A stretch of DNA of 64,000 bases from Chrysomallon squamiferum (taxonomy: Eukaryota > Animalia > Mollusca): NCBI GenBank assembly GCA_012295275.1, contig CM022665.1, positions 11,036,001 through 11,100,000 on the forward strand, read 5' to 3'. Below, piece after piece: positions 39,621 through 52,115 of this stretch; position 1 is the first letter of the stretch, and each line of letters begins with the position of its first letter. A model generated the notes under the pieces. The model had not been told where the DNA came from, ran no database searches, and saw only the letters and a list, made by a program, of their open reading frames with translations. Made by a program: the position numbers and the translations under genes.

Positions 39621-41182
39621 ATGACACAAACTCTTAATACGTACGTGGATAAAACCCATAAATAAATAATAAAACGAACTCTGTGATCAAATCAGTGGCG
39701 ATAGCAGACGACTTCATATAAAGAACACAGAAGCTGAGATCGATTACCACGAGTTATTTTTGTATCAGCTTTAGTCTCGCCATCACTGTCCAAACTCTCT
39801 TTCAAGACAAGACCAAAAATATGTGAATACTTGTTGTTGGTGGTTCTTTGGCCATATTTACCTCTACAGCATGAAACATTAATTTTTCTGCAACCTCAAC
39901 CAACGACAGAAACTTTAGATAAAGGCCATTTTAATATATATATTTTTTTAATTTCAAAATAAATCAAGTGATTTGTAGTTGCTTTCTAAACAGTTTGCTT
40001 ATCAACGCATCCGTCGTTTTAATAAGCAGCGATTAAATCTGTCAAATAATTTTCTTATTTTATTTATTTATTTTGTTCTTTATTAACATGTATACATTAG
40101 TGATTAAACAAGTTTTTATATTTCTTACGTAATTTCTACCATAGCACGTTTGTTGAGTCTAACTTAACCGTTTTCGGTATTTCTGATATATGTTTTAGAA
40201 TGATCGCTACAGTTCTTCGTTAGCTAGTGAAATTTTATAACCTTCTTTCCCAAGACATGAAATTACATACCACAGTCTTTGAAATCTTGGTAAAATGGTG
40301 GCAAAATAATTTTCAGTATTCGCTCAAAGAAATGTCATATTATTATAAGGCCAAATCAGCAAAGTCGTGAGAAAAAAAGAAGAAAAAAAAAGTAACGGTT
40401 AGTTCATTATTTATTTGTGAATTTTAGGGAATTCATATTTTAGTTAAATTCAGTGCTCTGAAATCCACGAGTTGTTTATCATTAATAATTAACTGGCAGT
40501 TGATAATTATTTATATTCAGTAGGGGCGCGATCAATAAAAAACAACATTAGAACCTGTTACATGTCATAGACAGTCACTGAAAATAATTTATATAGATTA
40601 ACGATATCTGAACGTTGCTGGGCCGAAAAGAAAAACGTAATAGATGCAATTAGTAAACTCAAAATATCAGGAGAAAAATTAAAACAAATTTAATGACCAA
40701 AATGTGGGGAAAAAAAAAAAAAAAAAAAAAGATAATAGATGCTACGGGAAATAGATCGCTATGAGTTTACTAAAACGACAATGCTGAAGCGAATTTTCGA
40801 AGAGAAAAATTAAAACTTAAATTTAGTCAGAGAAAAAAAAAAAAAAAAAAAAAATTGGTGCAATACTAAACAGAAACTGATTTATTAAATCTGTTTTCCA
40901 AAAGCTAAATCTTTCAGTGGTAAACGGACTGGTACGAGCTTACTAAAGCGACAATCCTGAATTGAAAGTGCCAGAAGCTAAATGAAATCTTAATTTGATG
41001 ATTACGAGCAAGGCGACAACAAACCCAGTGCTATACTTCATTCCGAAAACGTTAACTAACTATGGGACATTACTTTGTTCCCTCTCGGATTCGACCCTGT
41101 TAATTACACCACGATCAGTACAAGTGAAAAGAGAAAATGATCGATCACCCAGACGTTTTGCTAGCAATAGTACTCGTTTGCC

Positions 41183-41400
41183 TGGCGGGTGGCAGTCGCA
41201 GCGGTCGTGCTAGTTGAACATACATGTCGACAGACCTTGGGTCGATTCCCCATAAAGCCCCTTAGGGCTCTTTAATCCAAACAATTTTAAACAAACTTGT
41301 TCGTTTGATACATGTCTATATAAGAAAATCAGGATGATAATGTAATATGGTCGCTTAATGAAAAATGAACAGAAAGAGTGTATTTATTTATTTATTAGCA
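41183..41400 (+). mobile_element. Probable SINE head (tRNA-derived A/B boxes), degenerate
   Basis: GGCGGGTGGCAGTCGCAGCGG...GGGTCGATTCCCC resembles Pol III A and B boxes but does not fold as a cloverleaf. Confidence 0.4.
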
Positions 41401-41911
41401 GTTCATTTCTATCTTTTGTTGTTTGATGGTTCATTGGAAATGTGGACAATTAAAAGTACAGTAATTAAGTAATTAATTGTTTTAGTATGCTTTTGTTCAT
41501 AGTAGTTGATGAGCTTGTTTCTTTTTTTTTTTTTCTTTTTTTTTTAGTCTAAGCTTATTCACCTAATTACTGTATTTGTTTCATGATCTGGTGCGCTAAG
41601 ATCATCTTTCGTTAAGCAGATGTTCCAGTATTTTATTTATTTATTTATTTATTTTATTTACTGTATTTCCAAATATATTTTTTAATGGTAATCTGAAATA
41701 CTGGTGGATAAATTACGTTAGGCTTTCGTCACTTGAGAATTGTAAGATGGTGAATAATAGCGAGCCCGTGTTCTTAAATCATCAGTATCGTTAGTAAGCG
41801 CACTCGTGCGGATGACGCACTATAATTGGGAATGTCAGTTTATGCCCTGTTTGGTATTTTCAAGAATGCATTTTGAATTAATACAAAATGAATGTACGCC
41901 TAGAGTCTAAG

Positions 41912-41915
<4 letters not shown>

Positions 41916-41978
<63 letters not shown>
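41916..41978. repeat. (CT)n microsatellite, followed by a pyrimidine-rich tract to about 42300
   Basis: Directly visible. Confidence 0.97.
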
Positions 41979-41980
<2 letters not shown>

Positions 41981-42545
41981 TTAAGGCTGTCTCTGTTTTT
42001 CTGTCCTTTTTTCTTTCTCTTTCTATCACTGTTTTTATTTCTCTGTTTATCACTCTTTTTTTCTCTTTATCTCTCTCTGAATCTTTCTTTCTTTTTTTTA
42101 TGTTTTTCCACCTATTTTTCCCCTTGTTTTTTGTTTGTTTTTTTTCACTCTTTCTATCTCGTTTTCTCTTTCGTTTGGTCTCTCCCCCTCTGTCTTTTTA
42201 TTTCGCTTCTCTGTCTGTGATTTTGTTGGGGGGTTTTCTCATCCCTCTCGCGCACTTTCTTTCTTTCTGTCTTCCCTCTTCTCTCTCGTTTCATTTTCTC
42301 TATCGCTACAGACGAAAAATGACGGTAAAAGGCGGCTGAGACGATTACATAAGCAGAATATCTTGCAGGTTACGTCATCGACAGTACCTCACGTGCAATA
42401 CCAGTAAAATTCAGTAACCAAATATCTCTGATGTAAACAGATTGATTTTTCTTTCGAATGATAAATTACTTTGGCTTTTGGATTCAGAAAAAGGTCTATA
42501 TAAGTATGTCTACCTGAGGCACAGGTAAAATAAACATCCGGTATC

Positions 42546-42577
<32 letters not shown>

Positions 42578-43549
42578 TTGAAACACCGGTAATGGAAGGA
42601 AAATATAGATTTATTTTTACAACATATAATTTGAAAATTACAACAGATTCATTATTTACTATAGAATAATTTCAAATCAAACAACATGCCTTTTAGCGAC
42701 TTCTTCGGGTTGCAGTTATCTTTCCCAAATATCTGTTGTTATTATTAACAAGTTCATCATTTAACTGTAGTACAGACAGTCAGACATACAGAGAGACAAA
42801 CTGACGAAAATGAAACGTACAAGATACTTTTGAGACGTAAAAAAAAAAAATAATAATTAAAAAAAAAAAAAAAAAAAAATAACATGTAATGTGTCATTCT
42901 GTAAAATGAAATTTAATCTTTTTAAAAATCTTTTCTTCATTTCATATCAAGATATTAAAAAATCTCTGAAGAAAAGGATTTTTAAAAAAAAACAAGAGAA
43001 AGGTAATTAAAAAGAAAAATATAAATACCGAATGAAATTATTTTTAGTTTAAAGAAAGAAAAAAAAAAAAAAAAGAAGAAAAATAAACGTCCAATGCTGT
43101 ATGACTATCTTTATGACATGGTGATAAGTAGAATAATAATATTTGAATTTATGTTAAATTAGCTAGCGTCTTCCATTTTTCTTTTTTAGTTAAGCCACGC
43201 GCAGAGCAACTATATTTTGTCCATCAAATAATATAATAAGCAAGAAGATAGATATTCTCTCTTTCTTTATGCCTTGCGCTGTCATACAGATTTTCAAGTA
43301 AGAACGTCACAAACTTAATGAAAATTACGAGTGACTTTATTATTATTATTATATCTTTTCATATATTTAATACAATAAAAAGATAAAGAAAAATGATTGT
43401 GATATTACTGAAGATAAATTTTAAAAAATAATAAAAGTAATAATAATAAGTTTCCATATATATAAACCAAAAATAACAAATTAAAACTACACAATCATCA
43501 ATATATCATTATTTAATAAAGACTTACCTTTCGATTCAGGTAAAAACAA

Positions 43550-43580
<31 letters not shown>

Positions 43581-43713
43581 TATTTTGTTCTTTTTTTTTA
43601 ATTATTATTATTATTATTTTAATTTTTTAAAATTGAATTTTTTTTTTTCTTTTTAATATATCTAAATATAATTATTAAGGAAGAAGAAAAAAATAATAAC
43701 ATAAACTGCTTAC

Positions 43714-43780
43714 CTTGGAAAAAACATCCTATTACAAAGATGACACAGTGGATGAAGAAATGTAATCTAACTGGTCCCAT
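43714..43780 (-). CDS. NELL: NELL coding exon 1a (signal peptide MGPVRLHFFIHCVIFVIGCFFQ+G)
   Basis: ATG at 43780, 22 codons plus 1 nt, basic residue followed by a hydrophobic core, strong donor CAAG|GTAAGC. Phase 1 matches exon 2. Lies in CpG-rich sequence. Not in the ORF track. Confidence 0.85.
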
Positions 43781-43985
43781 TCCCGATTAAACTGCAAAAG
43801 CTTGAAAGAATCCGTTGCATAAAACATGCTTTCACTACCGGTAATCCGACCAACACCGACTGTTCAGCGCTAGCGATGGTAATGGGTTAATCCTAGAGAG
43901 CTGAGGAAATATAACCAGTCAAAAGGGGTGACAGGTAGTGGTATCGTCCATTTTTACGCTAACAGATAGTTTACAAAATACTCAC

Positions 43986-44200
43986 CGTGTTGTTTCTGCC
44001 AACAAACAGCGTTTATGATTCAGTTACAAATTTACGCTTGTCATCGATTTTTAAATTTATATTTCTAATAAGACTGTTTCTCTTATATGTGTTTTCACCC
44101 TTCATTCCCTCGACCAGGAATAATGGTTTGATCTCGGACATCAGTGATTGCCCAGTGCAGAATCGAAGTCGACATTTTTTAACTTGATTCATCGTAACTT
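43986..44200 (-). other. Candidate non-coding 5'UTR exon upstream of exon 1a (5' end uncertain)
   Basis: Consensus donor ACG|GTGAGT (GT at 43985-43984), with candidate acceptors at 43901-43902, 43893-43894 and 43792-43793 before the ATG. CpG-rich context. Confidence 0.45.
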
Positions 44201-44450
44201 AGTGGGAGGTTAAGACGAACATCCGAAAAGGTTGACAGATAAAATATTTATTATCTAAATTTAAGTAATGCTGTGCATTATAAAATAAATAAATATAATT
44301 TACATCTGAAAAATGCAAGGCCTATGCATGTCATTTTCAACAGTTTTGACGCTATAAACAACGCACAAACGAATCTTTGAGATTGGCATAAAATGCACTT
44401 AGAAAAGTTTAGTAAGTGTTAAAGGTAGCAAAGGACAAATGGTCTGTGTA
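44150..44450 (-). promoter_or_regulatory. Putative distal promoter (P1) of NELL
   Basis: Position upstream of exon 1a and the candidate UTR exon; CCAAT on the minus strand at 44382-44386; CpG not depleted. The TSS cannot be fixed from sequence. Confidence 0.35.
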
Positions 44451-45916
44451 AGCAAGCTGATATATAGACAATGACAGAAATCTTATTACTGAAGTTTTGG
44501 GGGGTTTGGGGGGGGTTGCTACATATTAGTACAGTAATATGACAACAGATAAAATTAATAAATAAAATATTAGATTAAAACTTATTAGTAAATTTTTAAT
44601 GAAATAATTTTTAAAATATTAAAAAAAATTCGTAGATAAATATTAATTAAATGTAGCCATCTCTCTCTCTTCTTTGTTATTAATAGAAGTAGTAATCGTA
44701 ATAATAATAGCAGCAGCAGTAGCAATAATTTTATCAGTTATTGTTCTAGTAGCGATGGTATTAGGCAGTAGTTAAAGTAATAACGTTAGCTGCAATAAAG
44801 CGGTATTTAAACAAATAAATAAAACTTTATTCATCAGATTTTGTTTTTACAACAAAAAAAAACACACAACTTGTTTACAATTTTTACACTAAATGTAGGT
44901 TACTGCATTGTCGTTTAGCATTCTGGGTAGTCCAAACAAATCCGTGATGATCATTAGAGTGTATCAGAAGGTGATGAAAAAGTAGCTAGTACGGCTTATA
45001 ACTGTATTTGTGTGTATAGCACAGCGGTACGTCCGAAATTACAATTGTTAACTCTTTCCCCGAGTATAAAAAGTGTTTAAATGTGAAAGAGGGAGTTTTG
45101 TTAATACAACACTCGAAAAAAAGAAACTACGTCCCAGCTGAGCTGTTTTGAAACAATGAAAACTGCAATAGACGGAGAAGGGGGAGCGAAAATTATATAT
45201 ATAAAAAAAAGACTATGAGAGATAGAAGGTTACAAGCAAAATTCTTTAGCCATCCCATCTATATCAGTATTATTATGGTGAGTCATTGTACCGAAATTTG
45301 GCAGATGCCGAGATCTAATCCTGATAGTGTTGCAAACAGAGGCAAGTGGGAAAATATAAAGCTAACATCTTATACTTAGTTAAAAGCTTATTGCATAAGC
45401 TGGACATTTGAAATGTGCAGTTACCAAAAACTGCACGCATGAAAATAAATATAAATATTATGGACATGAAAATCTACTAACCTTGAACTCCTCTGGATTG
45501 CAGATCATCGAGTATATCAATGGTGTGTCCAGTTGTGCGTGCTTGAACTTTGGATATTATGCATGTGGGATACTAGATGTAAGGCTAATAAGCTGTAAAG
45601 GATTAATGAAGTTGGAAGAATTATAATTTCATTTATTTATTTATTTATTATTTTTTTTTTTTATTTAATTTAAGATACTTTATTTTATTTTATCTTATTA
45701 TTATTTTTTTTTTTTTTTATTTTTTTTTTTTTATATTATTTTATTTCAGTTACCGGGAACTCAACCCACCCTGCTGCATTAACATCGAATTAAATAACTG
45801 TTCATAATGTTTTGTTGTAGTTGTTTGTTTGTTTTTATTTTAGAATTACGTGGTGACATTCTTGTCTAGCTTGTTTTCCGTTATTACTGGAGTATAGCAC
45901 TTGCAAGGAATTAACC

Positions 45917-45918
<2 letters not shown>

Positions 45919-45994
<76 letters not shown>
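45919..45994. repeat. (GA)n microsatellite
   Basis: Directly visible. Confidence 0.97.
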
Positions 45995-45998
<4 letters not shown>

Positions 45999-47342
45999 TT
46001 ACTAATGTTTCATATTCCGATAGGTTCTATTTCTACGAAAAAACGAAACACATTTTTCAGCAGTAACGTACTTTCAGCGAGAATTATAAATATTCTGAGA
46101 ACCTGTTATGATATTTTATTCCTCTGACAGACATCTAAACGTTTTTATTATTGCAGCTAAAGAATGTTCTTTTACCGAAACTGTTTGCACTTGATTCAAA
46201 AAGAAATAATGTTCTTTATATAAGTCTGTGTTTTGAGAACCCGCCCCAGACAATGCCGGCATCAGTAACAGAAACAGTTGATTGTGCACAGTTGTTTCTA
46301 GCTCAAACGCTAACAGTTCTGTTCATTTTTTAAATCTGTTTACGTCATATACTATATATACATGACGAGCTCACTGCAGAAACAATGTGCATCCTAAGTC
46401 TGACTCGAAACCACTAGCTATTGCTGCAACTGACACATTCTTCTCAACAAGTGCAAATCATCGTTGAACTCGAATCCTGCAATCTTCATCCTTAAAACAG
46501 CACGAAAAGCTTCCGTCCTTATACAGATAAAATAGTTGTGACTGTGCTGAAATGTGTATGGTTAGTTTACATATTTGAAACATTTATTTTTGAAAGTTAT
46601 AATAATCACTGTAGTCTGATTGTTCTTAAATTTTCTCAGATCTAGGAACCGTTCTTATACAGAGCAAATTTAATGTCAGTACGTTAAACGTTAGCGTCAT
46701 TTGTACATGTTAACGAAACGGACATTTCCAGTGTAAGCAACGGTATGAAAACTTGCACATGCATAATCTATCTTCATTTTCAATTACACGTTCTTTTTAT
46801 ACTTCAGAAACACAAAAAAAATCATCTTCAAAACCACACCATACAAATTTCCATAGTCACAGCTACATTTTTACTACGACATCATCATTCCTTTAATACT
46901 TTCCATTTCCCTGCAATTTACGCCAATATATCTACACACTTATACACATTCAGTGATCCTAATTTCAGTTACTAGCTGCCATTTATGTGAATTTTGTGTT
47001 AGCAGTCATTATTCTTATTACTTGTCCGACTCGTTATTACCGATCTCATTTTTATAATGCTCTGAATACAGGCAATAATTGTTTATGATATATTTTTTGA
47101 ATGGTGTGACTAATAAAGCTGTAATACGATCCTGCAAAATAACACTGAGCTAATACGTTATAATATATACATGCTGGTTAATACGAGTGTAATGCATTGC
47201 AATATAATAATAAGATGTATAATTATTAATAAAACTGGTGGCTGGACTTGATTTCATCTATTTGGTTCATTGCTATTAATAATTATAGCCTATATATGAA
47301 ATAGGTAACAATATGTATATATATATATATATGTATGTATGT

Positions 47343-47378
<36 letters not shown>

Positions 47379-48409
47379 ATTTAGTTCGTTAGTTAGGTAT
47401 TTGTCCTCTATAATTTTCTTTCTTTCTTTCTTTCTTTATTTCTTTATTTCTCTATTTTACCTTAACTGTCTACTGACTGTTAGATTTTTTCAAAACACAG
47501 CTTTTTATAACTCAAGAAACTTTTTTTTGTATGTGTGTATATATATGAGAGAGAGAGAGAGAAGCAAAACTTTATTTCAAAATTTTATATATACTATAAA
47601 ATTATTTGTCATTTGTCATTTCATAAATACTTTAGCTTAAAGAATACGAGCAGACTGGTTTCAACAAATAATAACCTTCACGACAAAGACATTAAACAAA
47701 TTTGACAAATGAAATATTTGTTAATTTTTAAGAAGACAAATCTTTTTATATCTGCGAGTCTTGTATATATCTGTATATTGCCCATAACACACCTATAAAA
47801 TTTGTGTATGATCTGGCCGACAGGTTGAAGAAACGGATTTCAACTTGAAATGACCTTGTTACAAACATTCGGGCATTTCATAGGTACAACCCAGACCTAT
47901 CAAAATTTTATTAATTTTTGTCAGTTAAATATTAAAATAAAAAAATAAATAAAAATAAAGCGACGTTCTTTTTTTTTCATTTGTCGGTGTTCCAACATGC
48001 CAAAAAAAAACAAAAAAAAATTAAAAAGAAAAAAAAGACGTTATTAATTCGATAACACGTACTATTATTATAGACTGCAAGTTGAAAAGATCTACAAGTC
48101 TTCCTGTGCACACGCATAGGTGTGTTTATGTAAGTACCCACATAAAATATTTTTGTTTTTTTGGTCAACTAATACATTTTACTCTGCGTTGTTCTTACCA
48201 AATAGTTCTAGTCGTAGTTCCAACCAAATCAAACACACATTAGTAATTCTATTAAATCATAGTTCGAAGTGAACATGTCAAACTGACTTAAACCTTTCAG
48301 AGGTAAAACTGAACCTCTCTAAACCTTATTCATATTTTTAACAATCTTGTTCAGAAAACAGTTTACACTATTCACTTCATGATACAGTTCCTTTCTACAC
48401 TGAAATTCA

Positions 48410-48575
48410 AGACCGCCTTATTACTAACAATCAAAATCATCTGAACGCAAATACTCTAAACCAGGCCTTATTACTAATAACCAAAATTACTTTATTACTA
48501 ACAATCAAAACCACATTAATACAAACACTCAAAACCGCCGTACTGCTATTAATCAAAATCACCTTGTTACTAATG
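48410..48575. repeat. Short degenerate tandem repeat
   Basis: CCTTATTACTAACAATCAAAA core recurs about 5 times. Confidence 0.7.
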
Positions 48576-49314
48576 TTCAGTGCATCCATCTATAAAACCC
48601 AGAGAAGAAGAAGAAAAAAGAAAGTATTAATTTCTGATCACCTAATTCTTTAGCGTTTCTTAGTTTGTACTCATTTATAATAACTTTTTTGACCCCCCAA
48701 AAAACGAAACAAAAAAAACACTTCATTATTAACTCAATAATACAATGCGCTGCTAGATGGCAAGCGATAAAGAAGAGCGAGCGTTTTAAAATTATTACTT
48801 GTAAGACAAGTTGGATGATTTGCAAAACAGTTAAAGGTATCGGTATCGAATGCGATAGGCTTGTGACTACTTTGTGGCGTATTTTTTCCCCTTCTTCTTC
48901 AAGTGGAATGAGGTTCATATTCCCTACATAGATATTTTAAATACACATCAGTTACAGATAGATAAAGCAGGTAGAGATGAGCTCCTAGCGAAATCTGGTT
49001 TTCAAGACGTCTGTAAACTTCAAGGCAATGACATATTGGCGTACTAAACTATTCATGAAAATGGGTTTATTTTCTACAGATAGAGATTCTGTTTCAGATG
49101 GATATCGCAGATAAATAAGTAAAACTTCGTTAGAGTGATGACTGTAACTGTATAGTAACAACATATAGGTGTATTTTATTGGATTCTGTGAGGAGCTGTT
49201 TCTCTCGGAACATGACAACCCCACTATTTTTGCCTTTATAATTAAATTCATTTTGTCTTGAAAAAATTACTATTATTATTCATCAAAATGTTGATTCCTT
49301 CTTGCTTATCTATG

Positions 49315-49318
49315 TTAC

Positions 49319-49378
<60 letters not shown>

Positions 49379-49382
49379 TATT
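49315..49382. repeat. (TTG)n(TTA)n compound microsatellite
   Basis: Directly visible; produces the poly-Leu ORF artefact. Confidence 0.95.
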
Positions 49383-50159
49383 TAATTTTTTTTTTTCTTG
49401 TAAAACAATTATATTTCTTTCGAGAATTTACTTGGATTTTGTATAATATGTGTTTTTAATATGAACGTTTGTTCGAAATAAAATAATAAAAAATAATAAC
49501 AGAAAACAAATTCTGTGTTAATTTTCCAAATGATTAATTAACACAAAAAAAATAAAATAAATAAAACACAAAAAACCCCACAAAAATGACAGTCAAATAT
49601 AATAATAATATCAAATTTTTATTCGAATTAGCAATGACATTGGCTAGACAAATACTTTTGAGGAATACCCACACCTTAACCTTTTGTTTAAAAAATTCAC
49701 GACATTCATTCAAAAATTCTAAACTTTTCATGAAATGATTCGCCAAATTCCGCTGAAAACTGACTTCTGTACAGCAAGTTCTGTTATTTTGCATTCCGCT
49801 TTGTTTGATCCGGTGTTACTGGACAACACACCTATAAGACGGGGGTGGTCACTGGAGGCTGTTTTTTACACAAACAGAAAAATAAAGTAATGCTTGAGTA
49901 GCCATTCTCCCTTGATCTGTGGGAAAACACAGCAATAGCTTTCTGTGTGTTTTTCAAAAGCATGTCAAACAGTTATCGTGTAAATGATTTGTTTTGTGTC
50001 GTAGGTGAATGATTTTTAGAGGAAGAGCTTTGCATAAAGACCATAATTTATGTTAAAAGAGACAAGGTTAACATATGTAACGACAAACGACGTATTGGTT
50101 TCGAGAAATAAGCTGCAATTTATGATTGGTTATTTGTATTTACTGTTGTTTTGTATCCT

Positions 50160-50478
<319 letters not shown>

Positions 50479-51889
50479 AAATAACTAGAATGAAATAGAG
50501 TAAGACAGGGAGATAGTTAGATTTAGAAAGACAGAGAGAGACGCAAATGTTCGCACGTATCCGTTTCCGAAAAACTGAATGGCTAGGTCACCTTTTTATT
50601 TTAATTTCTGTGTGTGTGTGGATCTATGTGTGTATATATATATATATATGTGTTAAATCGTTTTGAGATATTTTAGCCGTACCAGATGAAGATGTCTCTA
50701 ATGAATGAATAGAAAAATAAACCCAGGTGTTTATCTTTTCTTTTGTACCCTAGATATTATATATAAATCAAATAATACCTTACTTATTTTGTCAGGTATG
50801 TTTTATTTATTTACATTATTATTATTATTATTTTTAAAATTCTTATATAAATTGAAAAGGCCTATTTTTTTTTCTTGCTTCTTTTATCAATGGATAAACA
50901 TTTGTATATCGTATTGAATAGCCTAGCTGTTTTGATGGATGGAGAATCTACATCGCTGGCGTCAAAGGATTTCGTCTTTGAAAGAAATAAACGGAACCCT
51001 GTTGTAAAAAAGAAAGGTTTAATGGTCGCTTCGAGGATACTTTTCACATGAATATCTGACACATGTAATCCGGGGTCGCTGGGCTTTCAGTTTGCTCATC
51101 CAACTATCAAATTGAAACCGTTGGCCGTTAGTGCCGAAGAGGAACGTTTAGAAATAGGATGTGTATGTTTGTTATTACATTTTCATCTCAGTAATGATCT
51201 ATTAATACGAACGTTTCAAAGAATCCGCGGCGCGTATACGTCTTCTTCCCAGAATCCCGTTCACTCGCAACAAAAGGGATAGAGGTTTTCTGGTTTGGCT
51301 TGACCTGATACGGGGATCTGTATCTTTTTTTCTTTTCTTTTTTGTCATTTATTGTTTGATGGATTGCTTGAAATGAGGTGAATAAACGGTTTCTGACGGC
51401 ACAAAGAGAAACTATACACCTCTATTTTACCAAATTTCCATTACCGTTAAACGTATTCGGTTTCCACTATTTGTCACCTGTACAGATAACGTTGTGTTGT
51501 GGCCGTACTTCTAGATGACTTTACACTTCATAATAAACATGTTTACTTGTTGTTAAGGTCAAACCAAATTTCTTTCTTCCTTCAGATGTTGTGAGATGGT
51601 GGAAACAAGTATAGAAGTGGGAAATAAATTTAGAAGTCAGAATCATTAATTAGGAAGTATAGTTAATTAATACTGTTTTTGTTGTTGTTATCTTCATCAT
51701 CATCATCATTACATTGTTATTATTATTATTGTTACGATTGGTGTTTTAAGTGATGACTGGTTCAGTATTTGTTTAACAATATCTTAACATGTCGTATTGT
51801 TAACCATTATTTAGAATCAAATAAAAGTATTTATTTTGCTTTTGTTATTCTTTTTTGTGTTGTTTAGTTTCGTTGTTGTTTTGGCGGGA

Positions 51890-52115
51890 TGTGTAATATA
51901 ACAGAGGAAACCATCATCATCACAGCCATGCCCTTAATACTGAATAGCACAAAGTTATCTTTTATTAATACCTTCTGTTATTTAGAAAGATTTATAATAT
52001 TTCCTTTAAAAAATTAGCTGAGGATTACTGGAAGGAACGGGAAATAATCCAATGGAATGTGCAGGTGCATTATCCTAAAACCCATTACGTTAACTACCAT
52101 TTTAACGCCATAACC
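51890..52115 (-). mobile_element. SINE remnant outside the gene body
   Basis: AGAGGAAACC...TGAATAGCACAAAGTTATCTTTTAT...ACTGG..GGAACGGGAAATAATCCAATGG follows the same motif order as the other copies. Confidence 0.5.

Larger units (their letters stand above)
1127..43780 (-). other. NELL: NELL1/NELL2-like gene (protein kinase C-binding protein NELL family), 5' partial gene span; continues past the left edge of the window
   Basis: Seven exons join in frame with GT-AG boundaries: MGPVRLHFFIHCVIFVIGCFFQ/GLSFDIAARD...ILLQ/DPARKILLP...SSDIYR/FLEIESSGRRDEIRFHY...LGQRNGQHALFR/GALQDVKIV...QCPQQDT/ACPTCAQY...MSLK/LLQAEERILGLEQCECLKSC...CTVCMCR. The motifs LEIESSG.RDEIR.HY, ETFPYRLAD..WHK, LGQRN..H..F.G..QD, QCP, CPTC and E.C.C..C are characteristic of NELL proteins. 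NELL1 versus NELL2 orthology cannot be assigned. Confidence 0.95.

Noticed and set aside
43521-43545. Strong donor-like AAG|GTAAGT about 190 nt downstream of the exon 1a donor
   Set aside because: Extending exon 1a to it hits an in-frame TAG in AT-rich sequence, and no separate exon is evident; probably cryptic.
49258-49446. Signal-peptide-like poly-Leu ORF
   Set aside because: Translation of a (TTG)n(TTA)n microsatellite.
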